Origin: Eggerthellaceae bacterium
GTDB taxonomy: Bacteria > Actinomycetota > Coriobacteriia > Coriobacteriales > Eggerthellaceae
NCBI GenBank assembly: GCA_036552405.1
Contig: JAXKCR010000001.1
Span: forward strand, 64,642 to 128,641
Length of the DNA: 64,000 nucleotides
Direction of reading: 5' to 3'
The translations under genes and the position numbers were made by a program. Numbering within the stretch: position 1 is the stretch's first letter; the number at the start of each line of letters is the position of its first letter. The notes under the pieces are model-generated. The model had not been told where the DNA came from. It saw nothing but the letters and a program-made list of their open reading frames with translations, and did not search any database. Below, one piece after another: positions 38,350 through 47,790 of the stretch.

Positions 38350-38994
38350 ATGGCAGACTTCATTAGGGCGCGCAGCGCAGACCAAAAGAACCAACGCCTT
38401 AACGAAATAAAGGCCGTTGCTGCAGCGCAATTCAAAGTGCGCCCCTACCACGAAATCACGCTTACCACCATCGCTGAAGAACTCGGTTGGTCGCGTGCGA
38501 GCCTATACAAATACGTCACCACTAAAGAAGAAATATTCCTAGAGCTTTCCGCCGATGCGCGCGATGCCTACATCGAAGCGCTGCTCACCGCCTTCCCCGA
38601 AGGATGCGGATATTCCATTGACGTTGCCGCTGAGGTATGGGCCGGCATTCTGAACGCCCACCAAGACTGGTTGCGCTATGGAGACATGCTGTTCACCATC
38701 ATCGAGACCAACGTCACCGTTGAGCGCCTGATGGAATTCAAACGCGGATACTATGACACCATTGGAACAGTGGAAGATCGCTTTGCAGGAATATTCGACA
38801 TAGAAAAGAGCCGCGTAACCGCGCTTCTGAACACCGTGATGTACCACGGCGTGGGAATGGTAACCACCTGCTGGGACAACCCTTTGGTCAGCGAAGCGCT
38901 TGAGCGCTTGGGTATCGAGCGAAATCAACCCGACTTCCGCACCGAAATGCGCGACTTCATTAAAATGTGCCTGAACGGATATTGCGCTCGCTAA
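38350..38994 (+). CDS. TetR/AcrR-family transcriptional regulator
   Basis: HTH EITLTTIAEELGWSRASLYKYV. Divergent from the flavodoxin gene. Confidence 0.75.
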   Translation: MADFIRARSADQKNQRLNEIKAVAAAQFKVRPYHEITLTTIAEELGWSRASLYKYVTTKEEIFLELSADARDAYIEALLTAFPEGCGYSIDVAAEVWAGILNAHQDWLRYGDMLFTIIETNVTVERLMEFKRGYYDTIGTVEDRFAGIFDIEKSRVTALLNTVMYHGVGMVTTCWDNPLVSEALERLGIERNQPDFRTEMRDFIKMCLNGYCAR

Positions 38995-39011
38995 GCTCCT
39001 CGAATGCACGC

Positions 39012-39050
39012 AAAAGGCCGCGCCCTGAGTTCATCAAGGCGCGACCTTTA
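39012..39050. terminator. bidirectional terminator between TetR (+) and nifJ (-)
   Basis: AAAAGGCCGCGCC-N13-GGCGCGACCTTTA, with an A-tract 5' and a T-tract 3'. Confidence 0.6.
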
Positions 39051-39090
39051 TCTTGCAGCATTCGCTCATGCGCGGCTTACGTACGGATCC

Positions 39091-42000
39091 TTACACGCCG
39101 GCCATGCGGCGATACTTCTCGAAGCGGCGCAGGGCATCTTCCTTATTAAGAGCGAACAGACGCTCGGCTTCTTCGGGGAACTCCTTCTTTAGCAACGCAT
39201 AGCGGTTCTCCCCGTTCAGATAGCTTTCGTAATCGAACGTGAGTTCTTTAGAATCAAGGGTCATAGGCCGCTCGTTGCGCGGGTCGAAACGATACAGGGG
39301 CCAATAGCCGCTTTCAGTCGCGCGCTTCATTTCGCCCTGAACATCCTGCATGCCACAACGCAGCCCGTGGGAAACGCACGGTGCATACGCAATGACCACG
39401 GCGGGTCCTTCGTATTCTTCCGCTTCCCTTAAGGCCTTTATCAGCTGATTGTAATTCGCACCCATGGAAACCTGAGCCACGTACACGTTGCCGTAGCTCA
39501 TCAAGATAGCGCCCAGATCTTTCTTATTGGTCTTCTTGCCGCTCGCAGCGAATTCCGCGACCGCGCCTGCTGGCGTAGCCTTGGAACTTTGGCCACCCGT
39601 ATTGGAATACACTTCGGTATCTACTACCAGCACGTTGAAGTTCTCATTAGTGGAAAGTACGTGATCTAAGCCGCCGAAGCCAATATCGTATGCCCAGCCA
39701 TCCCCGCCGAACATCCAGAAGGTCTTCTTCGCTAACTGATCCTTATGCTTCAAAATGTCCGCGGCACCTTGCGCGATCGCGTCATTGCACGCTTCGTCGG
39801 CCAACAGCGCTTCCAGCCCTTCGATCAGCTCATCGGATGCACGACGGGACCCGTCGAAATCATCGAACGCCGCCAGATATGCCTCGCACAACCCCTTGGT
39901 CTTTTCATCAACGCCGCTCGCACCCAAAAGCACCTCCACGCGCATCTTTTCCGCTTCGCGTTGATGAGTAGATGCCAGCCATAAGCCATAGGAAAGTTCG
40001 GCATTGTTCTCAAAAAGACTGTTGGTCCATGCAGGACCGAACCCGCGCTTGTTCACCGTATAGGGAATGCCCGGCTCGCCGGCACCCCACGCCTGCGAAC
40101 AACCCGTGGCATTGGCCCAGTACACACGATCGCCGAAAAGCTGCGTGAGCAACTTTGCGTACGGGGTTTCACCGCAGCCCGCGCAAGCAGCGGAGAACTC
40201 CAGCAAAGGCTGGCGGAACTGCGAACCCTTCACGGAATAAGGATCGAACAGATCGCCCTTGTCGGATGTATCAAGCGCATAGTTCCACTGGCCCAGCTTC
40301 TCTTCAGTAAGTTGAGCGGGAACCATTTCAAGCGATTGAGACGGGCACACCTCGGCGCAGCTTCCACAGCCGGTGCAGTCGAACGTGGAAACCTGCAGGG
40401 AGTACTCATATCCCTTGCCCTGCTTGCCCTTCGCGCCAGTCGTCTGGAACCCATTGGGCGCCGCAGCAACTTCTTCTTCGGTAAGCAGATACGGGCGAAT
40501 AGCCGCGTGAGGGCAGACATACGAGCAGCGATTGCACTGGATGCAGGTCTGCGCATCCCATTCGGGCGTTTTCACGGCGATGCCGCGCTTTTCATACTTA
40601 GTAAAGCTGTGGGCGAACGTGCCATCTTCGTAACCCACGAACGTGCTTACCGGAAGATCGTCTCCCTTCTGAAGGCTCGCAGGCAAGAGGAATTCCCTGA
40701 TGCAATGCGGCAGATCGCTGTAGTCGGGCTTTTCGCTTTCGGGAGCGGTGGCCCAATGCACGGGAACTACGAACTCGACCACATTTGCGGCACCTTCATC
40801 GATGGCGGCGATGTTCTTTGATATCACCGCGTCGCCCTTCTTGGCGTAGGTCTTACGCACCGCATCCTTCATGGCGCCCAGTGCCGCGTCCACATCCATA
40901 AGGCCAACCACCTTGAAGAAGGCCGCCTGAAGAACCGTGTTCGTATGGCTTCCCAACCCCAGACGCAGCGCAACGTCCACCGCATTGATAGTGAACATAC
41001 GCACGTTGTTGTTCGCCAAATAGCGCTTTACTTCGCCTGGCAGTTTTTCCTCAAGTTCATCGGGGGTCCATTGGGTATTCAACAAGAACGTGCCCCCGGG
41101 TTTCACTTCCTGAACCACGTCGTACTTATCCATGTAAGCCTGATTGTGGCAGGCCACGAAATCCGCTGCCTTCACGTAATACGTGCTGCGAATGGGCTTC
41201 TTCGACAGGCGCAAGTGGGACCTGGTTACCCCGTAGGATTTCTTGGTGTCGAATTCAAAATACGCCTGCGCGAACAGATCTTCCGCGTCAGCCAAGATCT
41301 TGATGGTGTTCTTATTCGCGCCCACCGTGCCATCGCCGCCGAGGCCCCAGAACTTACAGCTGTACACATCGCCCAAATCAAGATCGTCCAGCTTGCGCAC
41401 GGGAACGGAGCGGTGCGTAACGTCATCTTCGATACCCACGCTGAAGTGCGTGATGGGATCTTCAGCCGCAAGGTTATCGAACACGGCCACCATCTGCGCG
41501 GCGTCCGTATCCTTCGAACTCAAACCATAGCGCCCGCCAATGACCGCGATGGAAGCGGCAAGACCGTTTTCCGCAATCGCGCTGGCCACATCTTTGAACA
41601 ACGGTTCGCCGGCGCCGCCCATGCTTTTACAACGATCGAGCACCGCAATGCGCGTGACCGTTTTCGGCAGCGCCTCAAGCAGCAACTTGGGCGAAAAAGG
41701 ACGATACAAATGCACCTGAACGAACCCGTAGCGCTTGGTGGAACCCGCAGCGTTCGCCTTGGCATTAAGGTAGTCGCAGGCTTCCTGGACCGCCCCGGAA
41801 ACGCTGCCCATCGCAACGATCACATCGGTAGCATCCGGCGCTCCGTAGTAGTCGAACACATGATACGTGCGCCCGGTCACTTCCCCGACCTGAGCCATAA
41901 CGGCTTCGACCGTTTCGGGCAATTCGTCGTAGGCGGCATTGTTCGCTTCGCGGATCTGGAAGTACACATCCCCGTTCTGAACCATGGCGCGCATTTCGGG

Positions 42001-42633
42001 ATGTTCAGGGTTCAGCGCATGCGCCCTGAAGCGATCAACATCATGCTGGTCCACCAATGCCGCCAAAGCCTTCGTATCGGGCATATCTATACGGGAAAGC
42101 TCATGGGATGTACGGTACCCATCAAAGAAATGCAGGAACGGGATGGAGCTCTTGATTGCAGACAAATGAGCCACCGCGGCCATGTCCGCCGCTTCCTGAA
42201 CACTACCAGAAGAAAGCAACGCGAAGCCCGTATCGCGCACCGCCACAACATCGGAATGATCACCGAAAATAGAAAGCGCATGAGTACCCACCGTGCGGCT
42301 AGCCACATGAAGAACACCCGGAAGACGCTCGCCCGCGATACGATACATCGTAGGGATCATCAGCATGAGGCCCTGGCTGGATGTGAAGCTGGTACTGAGC
42401 GCACCGGCCTCCAGCGATCCATGAACCGCGCCGATGGCGCCCGCCTCGGACTGCATTTCGGTAAGTTTCACACGCTGCCCGAACATGTTGGTCCGGCCCT
42501 GCGCGCTCATTCTGTCAGTATGGTCGGCCATGGGGCTCGAAGGGCTAATGGGATAGATCGCCGCGATTTCGGAGAACTCGTAGGCAACGTACGCTGCAGC
42601 CTCGTTGCCGTCCACGGTCACATAATCACTCAT
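39091..42633 (-). CDS. nifJ: pyruvate:ferredoxin (flavodoxin) oxidoreductase
   Basis: Single-polypeptide PFOR with a 2x[4Fe-4S] insert (CIQCNRCSYVCP, CTGCGSCAEVCP) and a TPP domain. Start at ATG 42633 with GAAAGG RBS. Confidence 0.9.
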   Translation of the reverse strand: MSDYVTVDGNEAAAYVAYEFSEIAAIYPISPSSPMADHTDRMSAQGRTNMFGQRVKLTEMQSEAGAIGAVHGSLEAGALSTSFTSSQGLMLMIPTMYRIAGERLPGVLHVASRTVGTHALSIFGDHSDVVAVRDTGFALLSSGSVQEAADMAAVAHLSAIKSSIPFLHFFDGYRTSHELSRIDMPDTKALAALVDQHDVDRFRAHALNPEHPEMRAMVQNGDVYFQIREANNAAYDELPETVEAVMAQVGEVTGRTYHVFDYYGAPDATDVIVAMGSVSGAVQEACDYLNAKANAAGSTKRYGFVQVHLYRPFSPKLLLEALPKTVTRIAVLDRCKSMGGAGEPLFKDVASAIAENGLAASIAVIGGRYGLSSKDTDAAQMVAVFDNLAAEDPITHFSVGIEDDVTHRSVPVRKLDDLDLGDVYSCKFWGLGGDGTVGANKNTIKILADAEDLFAQAYFEFDTKKSYGVTRSHLRLSKKPIRSTYYVKAADFVACHNQAYMDKYDVVQEVKPGGTFLLNTQWTPDELEEKLPGEVKRYLANNNVRMFTINAVDVALRLGLGSHTNTVLQAAFFKVVGLMDVDAALGAMKDAVRKTYAKKGDAVISKNIAAIDEGAANVVEFVVPVHWATAPESEKPDYSDLPHCIREFLLPASLQKGDDLPVSTFVGYEDGTFAHSFTKYEKRGIAVKTPEWDAQTCIQCNRCSYVCPHAAIRPYLLTEEEVAAAPNGFQTTGAKGKQGKGYEYSLQVSTFDCTGCGSCAEVCPSQSLEMVPAQLTEEKLGQWNYALDTSDKGDLFDPYSVKGSQFRQPLLEFSAACAGCGETPYAKLLTQLFGDRVYWANATGCSQAWGAGEPGIPYTVNKRGFGPAWTNSLFENNAELSYGLWLASTHQREAEKMRVEVLLGASGVDEKTKGLCEAYLAAFDDFDGSRRASDELIEGLEALLADEACNDAIAQGAADILKHKDQLAKKTFWMFGGDGWAYDIGFGGLDHVLSTNENFNVLVVDTEVYSNTGGQSSKATPAGAVAEFAASGKKTNKKDLGAILMSYGNVYVAQVSMGANYNQLIKALREAEEYEGPAVVIAYAPCVSHGLRCGMQDVQGEMKRATESGYWPLYRFDPRNERPMTLDSKELTFDYESYLNGENRYALLKKEFPEEAERLFALNKEDALRRFEKYRRMAGV

Positions 42634-42813
42634 GCGGGTACCTTTCGAATGGAACAAAGGACGAACAGATAATGAACCTGTTCACATTTCGAATTTACCT
42701 GGGTGCGTTTATTTAATCAAGTAGGCCACATCCATGTCTCGGAAATCTTGCCTGTCTTTCTAAGGAGCGGTATTTTCATATACGAAACAGCGCCACTTCG
42801 GCGAACTCCCACT

Positions 42814-43485
42814 ATGAAAGGCCTAGCGCTCATGATCAAAACAGGGTTCGATGGGTTCCTCTTCGACATGGACGGCACGCTCCTGCACACGCTGCCCGAT
42901 TTGATGAATACGGCTAACCACGCTCTCGAAAAAGAAGGCTTCCCCGCGCGTAGCTACGAAGAGATCCTTTCCTTCGTGGGCAACGGAGCCCTGGCGCTCG
43001 TGATCCAAGCGGTCCCCGATAACGCGACCGAAGAAGAAGTGGAGCGCGTGTTCGATAACTTCAAGAACATGTACGCCGAATTCGGCTTCGACCAGACCCG
43101 CCCCTTTAATGGCATGGAAGAAGTGCTCGCCACCCTGAAGAACCACGGCAAGAAGCTGGGCATCATGTCGAACAAATTCGAACGAGGCGTCAAGGACGTC
43201 GAGGATTTCTATTTTTCGGGTGTCTTCGATGCATCCCATGGCGAAACCAAGACCATCCCCCGCAAGCCCGACCCTACCGGACTGCTCACCTGCGCTGAAG
43301 AAATGGGTGTTTCGCCTGATAGATGCGTATACTTCGGCGATTCGGCAAGCGATGTGATGGCCGCTCACAATGCGGGAATGTACGCCGTAGGAGTGACCTG
43401 GGGCTACCAGCCGGTCGAGCGCATTAAGACGGGCGAACCCGACGCGCTGATCGACGACCCCAAAGATATCCTCTCCTTCCTGTAA
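42814..43485 (+). CDS. HAD-IA family hydrolase (phosphoglycolate-phosphatase-like)
   Basis: FLFDMDGTLL motif I and later ...SNK...GDSxxD. The start is uncertain (42814 or 42832). Confidence 0.65.
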   Translation: MKGLALMIKTGFDGFLFDMDGTLLHTLPDLMNTANHALEKEGFPARSYEEILSFVGNGALALVIQAVPDNATEEEVERVFDNFKNMYAEFGFDQTRPFNGMEEVLATLKNHGKKLGIMSNKFERGVKDVEDFYFSGVFDASHGETKTIPRKPDPTGLLTCAEEMGVSPDRCVYFGDSASDVMAAHNAGMYAVGVTWGYQPVERIKTGEPDALIDDPKDILSFL

Positions 43486-43515
43486 CCCAGAAGGCCACGC
43501 GGACAAGGACCCGCC

Positions 43516-44310
43516 ATGAAGAGCAAAGAACTTGCTGAATTCACCGGCGTCACTATCAGGACCCTGCGCCACTACCACGCGCTTGGACTGCTCGAAGAAC
43601 CACCACGCAATACGAACGGATACCGCGAATACCGCGCCTCCGATGCCGCACAGGTGCTTCGCATCAAGCACATGCGATCGCTCGGCTTTTCGTTGCAGCA
43701 GATCAAGGAACTGTTCGCCACACAACCCCAGCCGACCACCATGGCCGAAGCAATAGACGAACTGGACAAGGAACTGGCCGAAGAAGCGCGGCGCATCGAA
43801 GAACAGCGCGCGCTTTTGCGGCACCTGAGGGAAACCGATTCCGATCCTGATGCTCCCATTGAGTTCTCGGAATACCTGCGTTGCCTGCGCGAAAGCGGGG
43901 CGAGCAATGCGCTTCTCGACGCGGAACGATCGGGTCTTTACCTTGCCAAAAGGGAAAGCGCCCTTGTTAATATTGACCTTTCCGCCGTGTCAGATTTTCT
44001 CACCCTGCTTACCGAAGGCAAGAACGCCGCGGAATACGTTCATTTGAGCGAACTGTTCTATTCATTGGCACCGGATTGCCCCGAAAGCCAGCGCCAAGAA
44101 CTGATCGAGGATTTTTCCCAGTGGTTCGTCAACCAGATCCTTCGCGGAGTGGAAGTGTTCGACTGGGATATAACCAGTTTCGAAGATAGCCTTTCTTCCA
44201 GCTTTGAAGTCCTGGATAAGCTGGATGACGAAGAGCTGAACGAAGCGCAGCTTGACGTGAGCGATCGCATTACCGCCCGGTCATTAGAGCTCTTGCAATC
44301 ACAGAGCTAG
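43516..44310 (+). CDS. MerR-family transcriptional regulator with long acidic C-terminal effector domain
   Basis: HTH MKSKELAEFTGVTIRTLRHYHALGLL. Confidence 0.75.
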   Translation: MKSKELAEFTGVTIRTLRHYHALGLLEEPPRNTNGYREYRASDAAQVLRIKHMRSLGFSLQQIKELFATQPQPTTMAEAIDELDKELAEEARRIEEQRALLRHLRETDSDPDAPIEFSEYLRCLRESGASNALLDAERSGLYLAKRESALVNIDLSAVSDFLTLLTEGKNAAEYVHLSELFYSLAPDCPESQRQELIEDFSQWFVNQILRGVEVFDWDITSFEDSLSSSFEVLDKLDDEELNEAQLDVSDRITARSLELLQSQS

Positions 44311-45536
44311 ATGCGCCGCATCGCCTTCGCCACCAGCGCATACAGACTGATCACCAGCCAGGCGACGGCCATGATCACGACGGTCGCATCAACGCCGAAC
44401 GACGTAACCAGGACGGACGCGATGAATATCGCAGCGGGGGCTACTAAGAGCAGCATCGAATTCTGCGCCCCCATGGCCGCACCCAGTTTTTCGTTAGGAA
44501 GACGATCGAACATATAGAAGTTAAGTACTGCCGAGAACGGACCTGAAGCAAGGCCAAAGCACGCAGCCCCCACCAATAAAAGCGGATACGCCGGAAGCGT
44601 TCCTATAAGAGCCAACGATACCGCCATCCCGATCAAGGACACCACATACCAGGTTCGCCGCTTCAGGCAGTGAGTCAAGGATGCGTAACCGATCGACCCC
44701 ACCAGTGCACCGAAAGACATTGCGGAAACAAAGTAACCCAGCAGTTCCGGACGCTCCATAGCGGTGAAATACACCGGCATGACCAGGCCCTGCATGCCAC
44801 CCATGACCATAATGACCAACATCGTGAACACGACGGAGAACCGCACGATAGCATCATCGTTGAACAGCACACCGATGCCCGTCTTCGTTGAACGAACTGC
44901 AGCTTTGACCAACGTAGCAAGGCCTTCTATTTTTTCCTTAACGGGTGCCTTACCTGCCGCACGGGGAACGAACATGGTAGCCAACGCCGCGCATGCCGAA
45001 AGAGCAGCCGTGAACCACAGTGCGTTCGTAGCCCCCAATAGTCCCATGCTTAATGCTGCAAGGGCGGGACCCACGACCGTGACGATGCCGTCGATAGATT
45101 GGGAGACTCCAATGAAGCGCTGAAGATCCACCTTGTCATGCTTCACGACAGAGGGGAGCAAAGTATCGCGCGCAGTCATGCCCGGCACGTCCCCGATGGC
45201 GCCTAGAACGCCGAAGAGCACGAACCAGCCGAACGACAGCCCGACCGTCATATGAACAAGGGGCAATGCGGCGACCGCTGCTGCCGAAATAAAGTCGGAA
45301 ACGATAGAGACCGTACGGCGGTTGTACCTATCAAGAACAGCGCCACCCATGACTCCCGCCAAAAGCTGTGGAACCGCACATATTACCGCCAGCGTACCCG
45401 CCGCGAGGACATCCCCTGTCGTAGCAAGTAGGACAAGGGGTAGCACCGTGCCTGCGATCGAGTTCCCCAATAAGGAAAGCGAACTGGAAACCACGAACGC
45501 TATCGTGGCTCTTTTGCCTTTTAGATGACCCAACAT
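44307..45536 (-). CDS. MFS transporter
   Basis: 12-TM hydrophobic profile with MFS motif-like loops. Overlaps the merR stop (convergent). Confidence 0.7.
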   Translation of the reverse strand: MLGHLKGKRATIAFVVSSSLSLLGNSIAGTVLPLVLLATTGDVLAAGTLAVICAVPQLLAGVMGGAVLDRYNRRTVSIVSDFISAAAVAALPLVHMTVGLSFGWFVLFGVLGAIGDVPGMTARDTLLPSVVKHDKVDLQRFIGVSQSIDGIVTVVGPALAALSMGLLGATNALWFTAALSACAALATMFVPRAAGKAPVKEKIEGLATLVKAAVRSTKTGIGVLFNDDAIVRFSVVFTMLVIMVMGGMQGLVMPVYFTAMERPELLGYFVSAMSFGALVGSIGYASLTHCLKRRTWYVVSLIGMAVSLALIGTLPAYPLLLVGAACFGLASGPFSAVLNFYMFDRLPNEKLGAAMGAQNSMLLLVAPAAIFIASVLVTSFGVDATVVIMAVAWLVISLYALVAKAMRRI

Positions 45537-45731
45537 ATACGCCTCTCCCTAATTTGGCAGCGGAAGCCTCGAATGCCGTATCAAGTACGCAACTTGCGCA
45601 GTCGCTCGCAAGGGGCTTCTACCCCGCGCGAAAAATAAGGCCCCGCTGCATGAACAATAACTTCTTCTGCAACGAGGCCTATGTAAAACTATGACGTTAC
45701 GTCAGGGTCAAGCGTATTTATGAAAGAGCCT

Positions 45732-47417
45732 TTAACCACGAAGGCGACGGCGCGCAACTAACGCTCCCGCACCCGCGAGGAGGGCTACACCAGCAGCGGC
45801 GCCCGCAAGAACAAAACCGTCATCGGCTGTTTTAGCCAAAGATGTTTTCTCTCCATCCGCCTTAGAGGAAGAGGGATCACTGGCATTGCCGGCACCGGGA
45901 GTGCTCGGATCGTTGGTGCCAGGCTTGTCTGGATTCACGTTCACGATGTTGCCCAGGCTGATTCCATTTGCAGTTGCATACTGTTCAGCGGTTTTATAAT
46001 CCGCAAAGTAAACTGGTACACCATTTGGATTCGGAACCTTATAAGCTCCGCCGTTTTCCATGATGGATTCTTCGTCGTCTACCAAGAAAGCGCCATCACG
46101 GAAGAGCAGCGCCGACCCTTCGACCACATAAGGAACGACCGCGTCGTCAGAGAAGATCCCCGCCGTTACTTCAGCAGGAGACTGAGGGTTGCTCCATTCG
46201 GAATTGGCACCATCTTTCCAATAATAAGTGGCTACCGTTGCGCCCTGCTCGCTGGTTATGATGCCGCCGTCAATATGGATAACTGGAACCGAATCATATC
46301 CCGGGCGATCGACAACGGAAATAGCTGCGCCATCAGGAATAGCACCGTCTTCGGTTCCCTTGCTATCACGATCGTCTGCGCCCGTTGCCGTGATCTTCGC
46401 ATCGCCCGCTACGTTAAGCTCGCCCGAGCACATTTGAATACCACCAAGGCCCGTGATGGTGCCGCCGGAAACATTCAGAACGCCCGTCTGGGGATGGTAG
46501 ATCGCGCAGGTTCCAGTAGAAACAAGCGAGCCACCCTTAATATTGATGGTAGTGCCTTCGAAGCCCACGTTCTTCGAGCCATTACCAGATACCGCATAGG
46601 CCTTCGCCTCAACGGAAGCGCCATCCTCAAAGGTAAGAACACCCTTGGAGCCTAAGACGGTAATGCCACCTTCAGTGGACTCAATAATAGTGCCCGCCCC
46701 TACGGTCAGATCTCCCTGCGTCTGGATCATAGCGTTCACATTCGCTTCCACCGTATCAGGGAATTCGAGCACGCAGCGATCGACCGTCATAGTGGCATCG
46801 GTACGCACGCAGATCGCTGCTTTGTTCGCCTGATCAGAAGCAACGACAGCACCCGTTTGCGCATCGGAGGAATCGAACAAGTGCAGAGCGGATGTATCGC
46901 CACCTGTTTTTACACCGATTTCAATCACTATCGCGTTCGCTGCACCACGGATCTCATAACCCGCCAGGTCGAGTTCGATGGCCTTGGAGCCCGTTATCGA
47001 AACCTGCTCGGCCAAATCGACATTGCTCACCAAAACGATCTTCTGGCCGTTCTGGGCAGCATTGACGGCATCCTGCAGGGTGATGAACTCCTGCCCATCG
47101 ATTACCGCAACGCCAGCGGCTTTGGTCTGAGGCACGGCAGCGCGGGTCATCGTGCTCTGCGCAGAAGCCGTTACGGAATTTCCTTCTAATGCTCCTTCTC
47201 CAGAAGCAGAGGAAGAGCTCGCCGTATTCCCGCCAACGCCGGTTCCTGCATCTCCATTAGCGCCAGTGCCTCCGTTGGCGCCCTCGACCATTTCGAGCGT
47301 ATTATCCGCTGACGTGATTACTTCATCATCGGCCCATGCGACGGGCACGGTCATCGACGTAGCCAACGCAACGGCCGTTACGACCGCAAGTGGCTTAGCC
47401 ATTCGCTTCTTCGTCAT
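45732..47417 (-). CDS. cell-wall-anchored right-handed beta-helix (pectate-lyase-fold) surface protein, LAKTA-type sorting signal
   Basis: Signal peptide MTKKRMAKPLAVVTAVALATSMTVPVAWA. Repetitive G-x-I/V-T beta-helix rungs. C-terminal ...SLAKTADDG followed by a hydrophobic stretch and RRRLRG. Confidence 0.75.
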   Translation of the reverse strand: MTKKRMAKPLAVVTAVALATSMTVPVAWADDEVITSADNTLEMVEGANGGTGANGDAGTGVGGNTASSSSASGEGALEGNSVTASAQSTMTRAAVPQTKAAGVAVIDGQEFITLQDAVNAAQNGQKIVLVSNVDLAEQVSITGSKAIELDLAGYEIRGAANAIVIEIGVKTGGDTSALHLFDSSDAQTGAVVASDQANKAAICVRTDATMTVDRCVLEFPDTVEANVNAMIQTQGDLTVGAGTIIESTEGGITVLGSKGVLTFEDGASVEAKAYAVSGNGSKNVGFEGTTINIKGGSLVSTGTCAIYHPQTGVLNVSGGTITGLGGIQMCSGELNVAGDAKITATGADDRDSKGTEDGAIPDGAAISVVDRPGYDSVPVIHIDGGIITSEQGATVATYYWKDGANSEWSNPQSPAEVTAGIFSDDAVVPYVVEGSALLFRDGAFLVDDEESIMENGGAYKVPNPNGVPVYFADYKTAEQYATANGISLGNIVNVNPDKPGTNDPSTPGAGNASDPSSSKADGEKTSLAKTADDGFVLAGAAAGVALLAGAGALVARRRLRG

Positions 47418-47710
47418 TCAAGGTCCTCTCGTCCATATATCTGCACCCGTAAAATCAACTATTTGGCACCGACTTTACAAGCGCACGCTTTGCCCGGTCA
47501 AGAGAAAACCGTCAAAAATTTGTAACGAACGCCCACTTTTTTGTAGCGAACAACACATATTGAGCGCCGAAGGAAAGAACACCCTTTGCTTAAGATGCGT
47601 TGTTTCGCTTTGCTCCAAGAACGCAAAAGTCCCGTGTTCGATTCCCGCCACCAGCGGAAGGGGCCCTACGCTCAACAGGGCCCCGCATTCAGCAAGGTCC
47701 CGACACACAG

Positions 47711-47740
47711 CAAGGACCCCTCACTGTGGAAGGGTCCTTG
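47711..47740 (-). terminator. conserved hairpin ~50 nt downstream of the adhesin A stop (CAAGGACCC-N12-GGGTCCTTG)
   Basis: Identical stem recurs downstream of adhesin B (58094-58123). Confidence 0.5.
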
Positions 47741-47790
47741 CTTAGGTTCGAGTATTAGAAATCAGCGGCGTATTCGCCCGCGTATTTCCA

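Noticed and set aside
40945-42672. 575-aa + ORF antisense to nifJ; 388-aa + ORF (36445-37611) antisense to Fe-ADH; 474-aa + ORF (25396-26820) antisense to telA; 337-aa - ORF (6336-7349) antisense to guaA
   Set aside because: Each is fully nested opposite a gene with strong family signatures. The antisense products are low-complexity (R/H/G-rich) and have no motifs.
47634-47653. tRNA-like 3' end GTGTTCGATTCCCGCCACCA downstream of adhesin A (possible tRNA or att remnant)
   Set aside because: The T-stem does not pair (2 of 5), and no acceptor stem plus CCA can be placed in register. No 5' half with D and anticodon arms is found upstream. It is most likely a chance T-loop-like string or a very short tRNA-derived scar.
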